64,000 nt of DNA, from positions 248,001 through 312,000 of the forward strand of contig RSEE01000077.1 in assembly GCA_003971905.1 (NCBI GenBank), given 5' to 3'. This document shows, one piece after another, positions 1 through 15,707 of this stretch (within the stretch, counting starts at the first letter, position 1; each line of letters opens with the position of its first letter). Under the pieces are notes generated by a model. The model was not told the DNA's origin. It was given only the letters and a program-made list of their open reading frames with translations, and made no database searches. The translations under genes and the position numbers were made by a program. The DNA comes from Moniliella sp. 'wahieum'. Taxonomy: Eukaryota.

Positions 1-34
1 TTGATGGGATACTGACTGACCATTATCGATGTAG

Positions 35-118
35 GTGGCCTACCACACCTCCCTCGCCCTCGAACCCAAGTCGACAGGAGCGGCCCAGACACTTCTGCGC
101 AAAATGCAGGGCTCGTAG
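35..118 (+). CDS. Possible last exon of a gene entering from upstream of the window (VAYHTSLALEPKSTGAAQTLLRKMQGS*)
   Basis: Branch-like ACTGAC at 11-20 and a TAG acceptor at 32-34 precede 27 open codons ending in TAG. A long pyrimidine-rich, 3'UTR-like tract follows. Product not recognised. Confidence 0.35.
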   Translation: MAYHTSLALEPKSTGAAQTLLRKMQGS

Positions 119-1507
119 GCGTACCACCTCGCCCATACCCCTTCCCCCCTTTGTCATCTTTTGCTGCCGATCTGTGCGGTCCATATATCCCCTCTGTCTT
201 CCTCCACCCCTTGCTTCCTTGTGTCTCCTTTCCCCCCCTCCTCCTCCTCCCCTCCTCCCCCCCTTTTTTCCTTCCCATGTCCTCCCTTGGCTTGCCCTTC
301 CCTCCCCTTTTGCTTCTTCTCGCTTTTCTTTGACTTTTTCCTGGCGTTACCTCGCTTTCCCTGGTTTCTCCTGGCTATCCTTGGCTTCCTCGTACCCTTT
401 CTCCTCTCTTTTCCCAGATTGGGGTAGGGAACGGGACCCCCTATGTGTTGGCCCGGGAACCCCAGATCCCACTCCCTCTGGCCACTACTGACTGGATCAT
501 ACCACACGCTCAACATATGTTTTGATGCCGATCCCATTCCCCCTCTTAGTTGGCGTGTGAGACGCAGCCTTTGTGTACGCACCCTCTCGTGAACGCTCCC
601 CCCCCCCCTCCCCGGCCCCACTCCCACTCTCTCTCCCACGTTTTTCCGACCGAACGACCCCCCCCCCATCTCCCCCTTTCCGACGGCTTGAACTGTCGCT
701 CTATCCTGGCCTAGACTGCCTCACCTCACCCCCGCCTCTCTCTCTTGGCGCCCTGGCTGGTTTCACCATCCTTTGTGGTCGCTTCCTTTCATCATTCTGC
801 TATATTCTGTCCCATGGCAGATGGGATGGAGTTGTGGAGTTGCAGTAGCTCGTGTCTGTTGTCTGTCGGTAGGCCTTTTTATGAACCTTCCTCGCCGGGT
901 TGCACTTTTTTTCTTCTTCTTTCTTTCTCTCCCGTTCTTCTCCCCGTCCTCCCCCCACACTTGCCAGTGGTTGGGGGACCACTTTCTCTTCTCTCATGGA
1001 GCTTATTTTGACAAACGCGCGATTCCCTTGTTGGGTACTATTTCTAGTCAGCGTCAATGTGGCCTGGTAGGTTCGGGTGGTCATGTGCGCGCCGGGACTT
1101 GCGCTGGTTACCGCTGGTTACGTGAAGCCCCAGAGAGCACTGGGTAATGATTGCCGGTTACCGGGGTTGCCATTCGTGTTGGGTGGCCAAGTATGGCAAT
1201 TCCTCATGTATGGTGGTGATCCTGCTGCTTCGCCACTAGTGTGCCAGTTATTCAGGGACGCTGCCTCATTTTCCCACTGTTCTTTCTACCTGCTGCCAAC
1301 CGGCGTCGGCGTCGAATACGTCTCTGCACGGGCGGTCCCCCTGGCTACCCCCTGGCTACCGCCCCCCCTCGGTACGTGACGTGCGTCTGCACGGGCGGAA
1401 TGAGATCTGGTTGAATGGGTCCTAGAATGGTGGGGTAGTATTGATGCCGCAATAGTAGCCAAGAGTAAGGAAGAGCAGTCTGACAGGTTAGCGGTTAACC
1501 ATAAGGC

Positions 1508-3029
1508 TTAAACGAGCCTGGTGAGCCTGCTCGCGGTCCCTTGGTCGACTGAGCCGCGTGCCGACCTGCCTGCCCCAGCAGCGGCACCTGCGGCGGCGCC
1601 GCGCGACGAGCGGGAAAAGCTGGGAGAAAAGCTAGCTTCGGCCTGGTGGGAAACCGAGAGGGGTTGTTGGATCCTAGCCAACAAGGCGGATTGGACCATG
1701 GAGTTCTCCAAGGACCAGATGCATACCTTGCCATCTTCCCCTCCCGTCGTCAAGGTGCGCGTGGCTGGGTCCACATCCACACAGCGTACAATGTCCGAAT
1801 GACCTTGCGAGCGGAACGAAGGTGGTCCATTCCCCAAGCCCGACGTCTGCCCTTCGGGAGGAAGCACACCCAACAATGTCCAGCACGGCGTTTCACCTGG
1901 CCGTTCGGGCGAAGGGGCGTGGATGATAGCCGTGCCGCCCGACTGGTCGCCCGTGAAGAGTACCAGACCATCAGACAACCCTTCGATGCCAGTCTGCGAC
2001 ACATCGTACGCATCCACCACATAGTCCGTGTCCCAAGCCGGAGCGGTGCTACTGGGTTGCTTGGCGTCCATCGGCTCGAGCACAGCATCAAACTAAACCC
2101 ATACTCTTTGTCAGCCGCGCCTCTCGCATCCACGAAACAAGGAGGATATGAAGAAGAAATAACGAAACATGAGAAGCAAAAACGTACCCGATCAGCATCC
2201 CAAATGCCAACGGTCTGCATGTCAGAAACGGTCCATGCACCTCCCAAGCCACGCCGGGGCTTGTTCTCCTTTTCCTCCAGGCCTTCCAGTTTATCCTCCT
2301 CTTCCCCCGGTTTGACAAACAATGGCCAATCCCAGGCTTGGCCCCGCCCCACCCGGCCTTGGCCAAACTAGCGCCCGTGTTACCCACCGCGACCACCGCA
2401 TCGTCCTCGTTGGCGCCGATCGACAGATCATACACGGCCGCCAAGCCGTCCGAGGAGCCACTGAGCAAAAGATGTTCCAACCCGGGCTGGGGGTGATGAA
2501 ACGCAAGGGCCGTCACGTCGTCCGAATGGGACTCGGTGTAGGAGAAGAGCGGGGCCTCAGGGTGACGAAGATCAAATATGTCTACCGCTGCCTCACCAGT
2601 CTGCAACTCGGTCCCTGCCGCAACAAGGAACCCGCATGTTTTTGGACAGCAACGCTCAGGTACTCCCCACGGTGCGGACTGGGCAAGGTAGCTGAGGGGG
2701 TCCAGAGCGTACGGGGATCCCAGACGGCCACGACGCCTGCCGAGCCCGAGGTGGCCCAGGCACCATGAGAAAGGTGTCCAGTGCAGTAGCCTTGGTTCCC
2801 TGGGTCCAGGTCGTACGGGAGACAACAGTGGCGGGGCCTTGTCGAGCATCGTCAGGGCACCATCGTCGCTAACGGCAACGACCGAGGTGGTGGTGGGCAG
2901 GGTGCGGCAGTGGGTGACGTAGGGGGCAGAGGGAAACGTGAGGGCGGCAGCGACGGGGCTGGGACGGGACAGCTGGTCAGGGACGCGGAGCTGGGTACGC
3001 GCGACGCTGGCGCGCAGGTCCACATCCAT
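1508..3029 (-). CDS. WD40-repeat protein, WDR89/YNL035C-like; at least one intron (~2085-2195) and frameshifts
   Basis: Motifs DIFDLR..YTESHSDDVTALAFH..LLLSGSSDGLAAVYD and GHSDIVRCVDVD..LTTGGEDGKVCIWS are typical WDR89-family WD repeats. Confidence 0.8.
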
Positions 3030-3195
3030 CGTGGGGACGGGGAGGAGGCGGCAGAATGGCGGGGCTAGACAAGCTGTGCGTCGCGCCCGCCAACCGGCCA
3101 GCTCTTCCCGCCTCGACCTCGACTTGAAGCTTTACGCCCTTTTGCCCCCCACGCACGAGGCGCCACGCGAGGTATTGTGTGAACCCAGTCGGTGT

Positions 3196-3205
3196 CAAAT
3201 TTTTC
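3196..3205 (-). promoter_or_regulatory. RRPE-like element (GAAAAATTTG) upstream of the WD40 gene
   Basis: Near match to the fungal RRPE consensus TGAAAAWTTTT, about 170 bp upstream of the ATG. The motif is short and could occur by chance. Confidence 0.3.
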
Positions 3206-4078
3206 TCGCCCAGTCGCCAATTCCGCCCCTCGACCCGCCGTTTGCATAGCGCGGCGTCAAATTATAAGTCGCTTCTCCAATCGGGTTTTTTGCAAACCCC
3301 ACCTTTCACAGCAGCAGCGCAGTGATTCGCAACACCACGCAGCTGGAGCGAACACGCACCTGCCGCAGATCTCACATCTCACATCCATGCTCTCAACGTT
3401 CTCAACATAATGTGCATGATGTATGATCTGCATGGCCGGTCAGTGACCAGAGGCAGGGGATCCTTTCGCTGCCCTTGCCAGCGAGGGCGGCGCGCATGGC
3501 ATTAGCCGGTTACCACACGCACGATTGTGGTATGTTCGGCATAATACTCTACTAAAAGACTACTCAACAACGCATTTCCCCCCCCGTATCTCGCCTATCT
3601 CTTCTGGAACAAAGGTAAGAGTGCTGAATGATGGGGTGCGTTGAATGGGTTTTTTCTTCTGTGCAACGTATCATCAGGGGGTAGGCCTAAGGACATAGAG
3701 CGCACAGCAAGCACCAAGAAAGAGAGTGAGTTGGGAAAAGTGTGGGTACAAGGAAGGAAGAGTTAATGTGCGCCCACGTATCTCATCATGGAAACCAATG
3801 TCTAAACTTTTGGAGAGGCACATTGAAGAGGGGAATCTTCATGACAGAGCATATTTTAGGGCACGGATCGAAAACGGCCAAGTGAAGAATGAAAGACACA
3901 CACACACAAAAAAAAAAAGGAAAAGCGCAAAGGGGACAGCTTGGCGTTAAAATTCTTATTTAATTGGTACAGAAGAACAGTCATGAATGCAAGAGGAATG
4001 GACCAATTAAAGACAAAGGAGAGAAAGGGTTCCACCACATATTCAACACCTCATTATCTCCTGTATTGCAGAAAGGAT

Positions 4079-6476
4079 TCAAGTCAGAGTGCCGCCACAG
4101 GAGGGGCAATCCGTCGGCCGCCAGTGGGACCCAACGCGAGTCGGATCCCCAGAGCTGAGTAGACCGGAGTCGAATATCAGCTTCCAGACGAGCAGCTCGC
4201 GCTTGCAGGGCGGATCGGGATGGTCGGCACTTGGCTGTTGGGGTGCGGGGAAGCTGCAGCAGATCAGGGACGGGGTTGGGCTTAGGTTTGGTGGGACAGT
4301 CGTGTGCCGTGGGCGATTCGGCTGGGGAGAAGATAAGTTACTCAAACGGGTACTAGGAGGTAACGCAGAGGACGGTAATAGGCTCGAAAAGTCGTCGCTG
4401 GGCTCGGGGGAGGTGGAGAATAAGGTGGGGAGAAAAGACGGCGTGTCAGGAGAGACGCTAGGGCATCAGTCACCGTTTGCACGGTGTCTTGTGAGCAGGT
4501 TGATGGAACGAGATCGATTAGTGGCCGGCGCGGGAAGCCCCTCCAATGGAGGGCTGTGGAGTAGGTGCGGCTGAAGAGGCGTGAAGGCGCTGGAGGCATG
4601 AAAGATGACTGGGACGAGTGGAGTAATGACGCATCCTCTTTCGCCACAGATGGGGGTTCGGTTGGTGCTCCGGCCAGTGGATCAGGGATGAGGTTGGGCG
4701 AGGCGGATGGTTTGCGCGAAGCAAGGTCTGACGCAGTTAAACCCAGAGTATTATTGTACAACAAGGGGGCATCATCAAATGATGCATGGTAACTGCTGGA
4801 ACGTGCCACCTTGTGCCGAGGTAATGGAAGAAGGTTGGGGGAAAGGGAAGTATGATCTCGGTCGCTTATGGGGGGGTCCATTCTAGTGGGGATCTCAGTA
4901 GTAGGGCCATTGGAGCATAGCGTGTAGTTTGACAAAGATTGGGGGAACGCGGAAGGGATGTGGGAGAGGGTTTTCGATTCGGCAAGTGTCTCCGGAGGGG
5001 GGAGGGCCCCAGTGCAGCTCAACAGAAGGTCATTTTTAGGTGATTTGGGAATAAAGGGGGTAGAGGCTGAGGCGGTGAGCGTAGAGAAGAATGGCTTGGC
5101 TTGAAGGGTGCAGTGGAGATCTGCTACTTCGGTCGTGAGGTGAGTGGGGTGTTGTCAGAAGGAAGGGCAGATGCATCCTGCTGTTGACTTTGGTGGCTGG
5201 CCAATGAAGAAGCAGTCAAATGGGGGGTAGGTGGACGTGGCTTGTAGCGTGCAGTATAGCCAACTGCGTACATGGATGGTTCGGAGCTGTCAGATCCGTC
5301 ATTCCGTGTCCGCAAGAAAGAAGGTGGTGGGGGAAAGAGGTCGTTGTCTTGCAAAAGTGTTTTGCTTGTTTTTTTTCGATGAACGATTGGCGCGGCTCAA
5401 AAATGAGAAAAAGAGCGGGATGGGGTCAGTGGACGAGAACCCCAGTTCAGCTTGGTACCCTTTTTGTTCTGTCTTTCTTCCGAAAAGGACGTGACCTTGA
5501 TACAATGTGATCAGTCTTCCCCTTGTCGCTGCATGCATCTATGATTAAAGAAATGCAGAGACAAAGAGCACGCACCGGTGTGGTAGGGATTGCCATGGAG
5601 GGGGCAAATGAGGATTTGGAAGGACTGGTCAAGTTGGCTGTGCTTGCGGCTCTTTGGGATAGAAAAGGTGTATTAGGTACATGCATAGCAAACCCTGTCT
5701 CATCCGATTCCTTTATTGGGTCCTCGGATGAAGAAGCAATCCCGGGAATTGAAGAAACCGGACTGCCTAGGCCACCCGCATGCTGTAGCGGTGTAGCATG
5801 ATGAGGCGTCGGCGCTGGGCTTTGGTACCATGAGGGCCGGCGATGTAGCTTGGAGATGGGAACACGCCGACGCGGAAGAAGCGGGACCTGGCTGGATTCA
5901 TTATCCAGATTGGTGCAGGAAGCGCTGTGAGCCAACTTTGGCTGTTGCCAGGCCGGATCCAAGACGGGGGATAGGGGGTTGAGAGAAGGGGAGGAGAGCA
6001 TGGGAGGCAAGTTGGGGGTACTGCGGCTGGCAGAGTGTGGTGCGGGGGGTTGAGGATGGAGTTTTGGGCATCTTTTGGCTGCTTCACGTTGCATGCGGTG
6101 CCGGGGGGTGGGGTGAGGGAGGTGGGGAGCACATGGGGCAGCGACCGCAAGAACGTTCGGCGTCGAATGGGAGGATGCAAGTAGGAGTCGTAAGGTGACC
6201 GAGTTGAGTCAGACTGCAAGGAAAACGCAGGGCTTGGCTTAGGAGCGGTGGGCGAGGAAGAGATGCGGGGACGCATGGACGGTAGGGGGTGGTGCTGTGG
6301 TGGGGGACGGGAGGCCAGTCGGTGTGGGTGCTGGGGCGGCTTGCCAGGGAGCAGGTGCCATGGCGATGGTGGGGGGTACTGTGTGGGGTGGCGGCTGTTG
6401 GGGGGAGAGGAGGAGGCGACGGGGGCGATGGGACGGGGAGAGGGCGATGAGGACGACACGAGATGCTGCTGCGCAA
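4079..6476 (-). CDS. Hypothetical Ser/Pro-rich, probably disordered protein (fragmented)
   Basis: Overlapping minus-strand ORFs (5447-6094, 5124-5354, 4342-5022, 4079-4345) share S/P-rich composition. No domain recognised and boundaries are uncertain. Confidence 0.45.
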
Positions 6477-7984
6477 CGCGATACGCTACTGTGGGTCTAT
6501 GTTGGTTGGGATGGTGTGCCCAAGACAGCATCGCAGATGCGAAGAGAAGTGGTTGATCAACAGGCGTGGCAAATGTTGATGCCAGTGGGACAGGCTGGGA
6601 GGAGGCGCGTCCCAATGCAATCCCAATGCAGCCGATGCAAATGCAGCCGAGAGCGATATGCATGCACGTTTGAGGCTCGCCCCCCCTTGCGCGCTCTCCT
6701 GCAGCACACCGCCCCGCCTGTGTCCGCGCAGCAGACCAGAGCACATGCAAGGGATGGCGTAGCACAGCCCTGGCCTGCCTTGGGTCAGGCCGGTCGGGTG
6801 GCATGTGGCATGTGAGGGCCGAATAAGACGGCAAGCACTCGCGCTCGGCCTGCCAACCCCCTTCTGCGCCAGTGTCCCACACCCCGCACACAAGCCTACA
6901 TATATTACAGTACATGCACCCCGAGATGTTTGGCCGGCCATCTCACTCCGTCCTTCGCCGCGCATATCGATCGCATCTGCTCCGGGCCCCTGTGCATCAC
7001 CCACGGCATACACCCAACCCCCCACCCTCCTCCCTGCATACCACCAATGCAGTGCACTGCTCCTGGACAAGCACGGTGCCTGTGTGTGCGGACCCAATCA
7101 AAACACCTACTAAATGACCCAGAGGTGTGGATCACCAGGACATTGATGTCTCCTTCATATCTCTTGCGCTTCGATCCCATCGACTGAGAGGCCCGTGGGC
7201 GCAGCGCCGAATATGTGAAGAGGCCGGAGGCCGGAGGACAAGAGCATGCCTTGTCCTGTGGCCCCTTCAATCTCCTTACTGGGCAGAACCAGACAGGAGG
7301 AGATATGCAAAACTCCCCACTGCATCTTCTCGACCAGAATACAAAGGGTCTCCACATCCATTTTTTGACTGTTGACGCATCCCAAAACTATCTCATACCG
7401 CTTTTTATCATTTCTCAAGACGCATCAGTGATGCAGCTGATAAGATCTGAGGCGGGATGGTCCTCGAGGGAGGGTGATGCAATCCCCATAGCGGGGTGGT
7501 GGACTAAGCCATACAGCCACAGCAACGCCTATTAGTACAGAGGAAGAACATCAAGCAGCCAAACACACCGCCACTACTATAACCCCCCATCAAATTCGCC
7601 TCTCGCTCCCTCTCGTAACGCGTAACCTCATACAAATCCAACCGTCAAATACCTCGGGTTGAGCTTCCAATATAACACTCTCCATGGGCAACTTTCGTCT
7701 CATGGCCTCTTCTATATCCTGGCAATCCAAGAACTGAACCGTTTGAAGTGGCATGGGATGTCAGACGGGAGATCTGCGATGCCAACCGATGTTGACACGT
7801 GTCACGTGCTCGAACCAGGGCCAAGATAAAAAATGAAACTTGGACTCGCTGCGGCCACGTGGAAGGGCCGGTGCGATGGATGGGTGGGTGGAAAGCGATG
7901 GGACGCGGCCCTGAGCCTCTGCCGGGCGGGCTTCTCCTCTTGCCACCATCTCCATCTCTTTCTCCATCATCGCTGGCGCCCTCC

Positions 7985-10358
7985 ATGCCACAGGTGCTGG
8001 TCAAGTGCCCGTCACCCGATGCGGTCGGCGGGCAGATTGGCGACACGCTTCTTCAGCTTCCACCCGACGCTGTTATCGCCGACGTCAAGGCCGCTATAGC
8101 CCAATGGCCTGGCCGCCCACAGACGCACCGGATTCGTGTCATTCGGTCGGGCCGATTGTGCCAAGACGACGAGCGAGCGATTGATGGCACGCCCGACCTT
8201 CCTGCTCCCACACTACCTGTTCCTTCTGCAGCCCAGTCCACCCTCCATGTGGCCATTTCCCCCGACGCATGGACCGAGCGTGTCCCAATCCACTCAGCCC
8301 GCCACCCCTCCACCCGGCCCGGCACCCCCGTCCCCCCTGTTGCACCCAGCCATGCTGCGCCATCATTTCATATGGACGTGCACCCAGATGCGCCCGTGCC
8401 TTCTGTGTCGCAGACGAGTACGGCTCAGATGGCCGCGTCGCGCACCTTAATGTCGATGCGGGCAGTCCATGCAGCGCAGCTCATGTGCTCCTTGCACCCC
8501 GCATCCCAGGTGCGCGAGCGGATTGCGGCCAGCCTGTTCCTGTGGCAGCGCCGTGCTGCTGATGTATGGGGAATCATCAACGATCTCGTTCCCCACAATT
8601 TGCCTATGGGCGCTCCTACCCCCCTGACCCCTGCGCGTCTCTCCCCCCGGCCATGGTACTGGCGGCCGGTGGGCTCTGACAGCACCTCCTCCAATGTGCA
8701 GGACCAGTGGTCCAGGCCGAATGATGTTGACTTTCTTCTGGGCCTGCCCGATCGGCCTCGGTTCACACATGATTTTAACCTTGTCTATCGAATGGGCGAA
8801 CACACTCTCCCCCGCCGCGAGACGAGTATCATCTCCAATTGGGTACCCACTTTCTCACCTTGTCTCGTTCCAGCCATCCGAGGCTATGGCCCAAGCTCCA
8901 ACCCCGCCTTGTTTTCCTCGAATGGATGACTACCATGCGACTGACGCCGTTGCAAGTCGCTTGGACTGCCATCTCAGTTCCATCTCCCCACTTGGCACAG
9001 CCTCCCTCCCCCGTGACTTGGACTTGGGATGGAAGTTTTAACATGCGGACGGCTGCCTCGCCTTCGCCATTGGGATACGCATCCACTCCGCCTAGCTGGA
9101 CCCCCATGTACGCCGAAGGATGGCTACGAGTCCCGCATCCTGGGAGGGGGGCAGGTATTGGACAAGATCAAGACGAGCTGCCACACCCTTACGGTTCCAG
9201 ACCTTGGAACATGGCTGGACCTGGGCCAGATGTGCGAACGGCCCGCGAAGTTCGTGACGAGCAAATACAAGAATGGATGGAAACGGTCCGAAGCACCATG
9301 CTGCTGCACGGACCGATCGTTTTCCAAGTGGCATGGCACACCGCATTTCGTGTCTTGAAGATTGGTGTTGCAGTCGTCATGATCAATTTGCTTCCGTCAA
9401 TCCAAAAAGTCATCTGGCCCCCTCCTCGTCGTACCATGTCTCCCCAAGAGAAGTTGGACGAACTGATCGCTCTTTTTGTCTTGATGAGCTCCAGCATCTT
9501 TGTCCTCTTGATGGCCGTGGTTGATTACCGTCGCTTGCTTCGTCGTGCCCGGCCTCCTACCGCAGGGGGCAATGCTGAAGGAAACCCAAACGATGACCGG
9601 GGAAACGGAAACCAAGGCCCGCAGACGCTGCTGCCCATGCAGATGAAGCCATGCGTCCTCCAGCGTTTCCGCTCAGGTCAATGCAGGATGCCATCTCCCC
9701 GATTTGCTGGGCAAGGTGGATAAGCTCGTGGGGTCTGGAAAGCGAACGGGAAAGACTACATCTACCTATCCCGCCGCCGCCATCCCAAGAAGAAGTAGCT
9801 ACATTTCTTACCGCATCTGTCCTGGCGCAGTTGCAATTGGATTCCCCCCAGGCGTCCGACTTGAACCGCACCCTGCCGTCGGCGGACCCACCCTCGGACC
9901 CCGCCTGGACGGCGCAAGCTCTAGCCGCTTCCTTCTTTGCTTCGCTCTGGCCCCTGGCCGCACGGGAGCGCAGGGCTTTTCTGCGGAGCAGGGAAGAGGC
10001 GACGCGCGCTTCGGTTCGTGCGTGGGCAGCGTTTGCGCGAACGGTGCTGCGCGAGGCGAGGGAGGAGCAACGGAATCCGAATCGGCAAGCGACAGCGTCT
10101 GACCCGGTTCCTGCAGAGGGGATTCGCCGCCGTGCTCCCAATGCTGGTGTAGAGAGTGAAGATGTGGTGCTCCCGACAGAGTCGGAGTCGGGACCAGCTT
10201 CGAGCAGCACTGCTTCGCCCTCGTCTGTGTCTTCCCCAGAGCGAGAAGATGAGCATCCGGACTTTGATGGATGGCCTGCCCATTTCCCACTTTCCCTCCC
10301 CTCGGCCCGGCTGGCTTGCACACGGCCTATGTGGCGCGCGTTGCTGGGGACATTTTAG
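7985..10358 (+). CDS. N-terminal ubiquitin-like domain membrane protein (HERP/Usa1-like ERAD factor), frameshifted
   Basis: The N-terminus is Ubl-like (MPQVLVKCPS..IADVKAAIAQWPGRP..IRVIRSGRLCQDDE..TLHVAI). There are two hydrophobic segments (VLKIGVAVVMINLL; LIALFVLMSSSIFVLLMAVV) and a late FFASLWP motif like HERP-family C-termini. Confidence 0.6.
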
Positions 10359-11053
10359 CGCGTCAGACTCGCACCGGCGAGTCGGCAGTTTGATTCCTCG
10401 TTCGCATCGGCCAGCCCACGTTGGATACCTCTGTCCGGGCACGGTTGGCATGGTTGTTTTGATTCGGCTTTCTCACTTGGAGAAGCTGCATGCATTCTTT
10501 TCAATTTACAAGGACTTCTTTCTTTCTCATCACCATCATCCTATCCCCAAATAGCAAGAAGAGAAGATGAGAGCAACTTAACCAAGCAGAAAGAATCAAA
10601 GGGAAGCAGAGGGTGAAGCCTCTTTGACAGGGGAACCGGAGGGGGGGGGATGCTTAACGAAAGCAACGGGGCTTTCGTCCGATTGCACGTCAGAATGAAT
10701 GATTTTGATCTTGAAGCGGCATGTGAATGTTAATGGCTGAGGGGATGTTAACGATGGGTCCCCATGTTGCCAGTGGCGCCATGCTTTCATCTCTCATTCC
10801 TCCATGATTTGGTCTCTCAGTACCTACTGCCCAACCGCTTTCGGATAGCTTTTAGCTACTGATCACTACCGCTGGGTTGTCAGGAAAAAGATTGCATCCC
10901 GTATCTCCGATTCTCCACCTCAGACGGACGGGCTAAGCTTGCCCGGCAGACAAAGTCATGCTGCCCGAACGTACGCCATGGTAGAGTTCAGCGTGAATGA
11001 ACATGGCAGATGAGAACAGGCACCGGGACCACGTTGGTTCCTCCGCTTCCGGA

Positions 11054-12537
11054 TTAAGCGGGACCTTTGCGACGAGTGGGTTCGTTACGCTTAGGTTTCA
11101 TCTTGCCCGCCCGCCCGAAAATACGGGGGGTGCACTCTGCGGTTTCCTGTGGGATGGGACTCTCATCTCTGCGCCTCGCTGGGGGGCCTCGAAGCGCCTG
11201 CGAGGGTACGAGGGGCCATCGATCTGGGGCAGGTGCAGGGCCAAGCGACGGAACATGCTGTGCAGGTTGTATTGCAGTTCGGCATGCGAAGCCTCCATGG
11301 TACGAAGACGGGCAAAAAAAAGATGGCCATGTTGTTGGCAGCAATTTGGGCCATTGCATCCACCACGGCCTGCGCCACCCGGTTTCCAGTAAGCGCTTGC
11401 CTTTGGATTTCGCCAAACACCACGCGTGACGCACCAAACAACCGGCTTGCCGCGCCCCATCGCACCACAGCCAACTTGTGTGTCGTCTTTTTCCCCGCCA
11501 CGACCCCCATTCGCAGCACGCGATTCTCCTCAGCGTTCTGAATGGCATTTTGGGTGTAGACCAGACGATCGAACTCCCGAATGCGGGGGCAGCCTTTCGT
11601 CTCTGGTGGGTTCGCGCCCAACATTTCTCTCCAGGGCAAGGAAGGGTCAGCTAGGGCACCTACCCAATGCCGCCGCATCACATAGGGTTCGACCAGCGCA
11701 GGCGCCCACACTGCCTTGTAGATCGGCCTTCGCACTTGGGCCGCTGCCGCTGTGTCGAGACCCGGACCTTGGGCACAGGAGGGTCGCGCTTGCGCTGCAC
11801 CGTCCAGATCTTGGCATTGAACACGGTCGAATTGAAGCCAGGTAGTTTACCAGGCCCATTGTACTTGCGCGGTTGGAACCAAGTGTAGGGAGCTTGGAAG
11901 GGAACGTGTCGAATCTGATATTGCAAGCCTCCAGTTAGTCCAGTCGTGCGGATAGAAGAAAAAAGGGCGGAGGAAAGAAAAACACATACCTGCAAAGGAA
12001 CGCGTTGGTTCACTGCGGCCCGAATGATGTCCAGCTCCTCCTTCCAACCAGGGTAGACAGGCACAAGCGAGTTGAGATCGGGCGCTGCCCCAGGGGAAGG
12101 AAGCTGGGCCCAGTCTGCGTCGGACTGCAACGTGTCGAGATCGAAAAGGGGGAGAGAGGCGGGGAGAGAGCCCGTGGAATCGGGTGCGGGCCGGGGCTGC
12201 GGGGAGGGGAAAGGGAAGTGGACGTAAATCTCTTCGCGCTGGTTGGTGGGGGAAATGACAGGCTCAGGGAATTTGGCCTGGTCAACCGGGGGGAGATGCG
12301 GGGACTGCGGGCCCTTCTTGTTATTGCCCTTACCCTTGGGGCCGTTTTTGGGACCCTTGGCGTGCTTCTCCTGCCGGGCTTGTGCTGGGCGTGGGGAAGG
12401 CTTGGTGCTGGGAGCGGCGGCGGCGGCACCGGCACGCACCAGGGCCGAGGTGCTGAGACGTGCCCTGGACACACATGGGCCGGGCGGCAGAGCAGCACGA
12501 AGCAGCTGGGGGGTCCGAGGGTGCCGACGGGGCGCAT
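11054..12537 (-). CDS. Putative mitochondrial protein with an RnpA (bacterial RNase P protein)-like C-terminal domain; intron 11915-11989
   Basis: Presequence-like N-terminus (..RARLSTSALVRA) and a GTATGT..GACTAAC..CAG intron. Domain motifs are RMGVVAGKKTTHKLAVVRWGAASRLFGASR and, after fixing an A8 homopolymer at 11314-11321, AIFF(F)ARLRTMEASHAELQYNLHSMFRRL. Confidence 0.6.
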
Positions 12538-13159
12538 GGGCTGGAGCGCGTGCAGACGACGCAGTGGCAGCGCAAACAGAGCAGTTGTCCCACCCGCCAG
12601 AAGGTAGTGGGCGAAGGGCCAAAACGGGTGCAATTTGAAACGCAGCAAACAATCGGTGCAACCCAGACGGTTGCGCCTGTGTTTCCCGCCAGGCAGGGCA
12701 GCGCAGCCTTTGCGGCTAGGAATAGGCCATGGACCGCAAAACCAACAATCAGCGCAAGCACAGCCACCTACTAGCAGTCCCTCTAGCCCGCTAGACGCGA
12801 CAATGCCTGGCTGTCCAAGGAGGATGTCGATGGGCGCTGGCTGAGAGCTAGGATCCTGATATCGATCAGGTTCGGCCGGTCGCCAGGATTATATTATTGC
12901 TAGCAGTAGCAGTTTCGCACCGACGGAGGCCTGCGCGAATGGACGTTGATTGAAGCTCGATCGAAGACCAACGCAATACAAGAGGCTTTACCGATAGCGT
13001 TTATGCTTTAGCAGTGTGGTGCACGATTGGATGCTACAGATAGAACCATACTGATGCTATGCCATCCATTCATACAGAAGCCAACGGCATCGCTCCACAA
13101 CACACAAACTAGCGTTCCGATTGGGGAAGATGGGGCGAATCTCGCCCTTAGTCATCCAC

Positions 13160-15525
<2,366 letters not shown>

Positions 15526-15707
15526 TCATGCATGTCATGCGATCAAGGAGCTCGCTCCCAAGTTTAATCCAGTTCCACCGCGGCTGGCTCGACCGCCAGC
15601 GCGATTATCAAGTCTGTGTGTATATCCGAGACACAATATAGTCGTCTTCCACCCAAGTGAATCGTGAATCCCAGTTTCGTGGTTCCCCGCTTTCCCGTTG
15701 TGATCTT

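Noticed and set aside
151..1011. ORFs in the C/T-rich tract (including 154-669 minus)
   Set aside because: These arise from low-complexity pyrimidine-rich sequence, more consistent with a 3'UTR or intergenic DNA.
5767..7535. Long overlapping ORFs (382 aa, 203 aa and others)
   Set aside because: GC-rich shadow frames with no recognisable domain. A small orphan gene at ~7050-7535 cannot be excluded.
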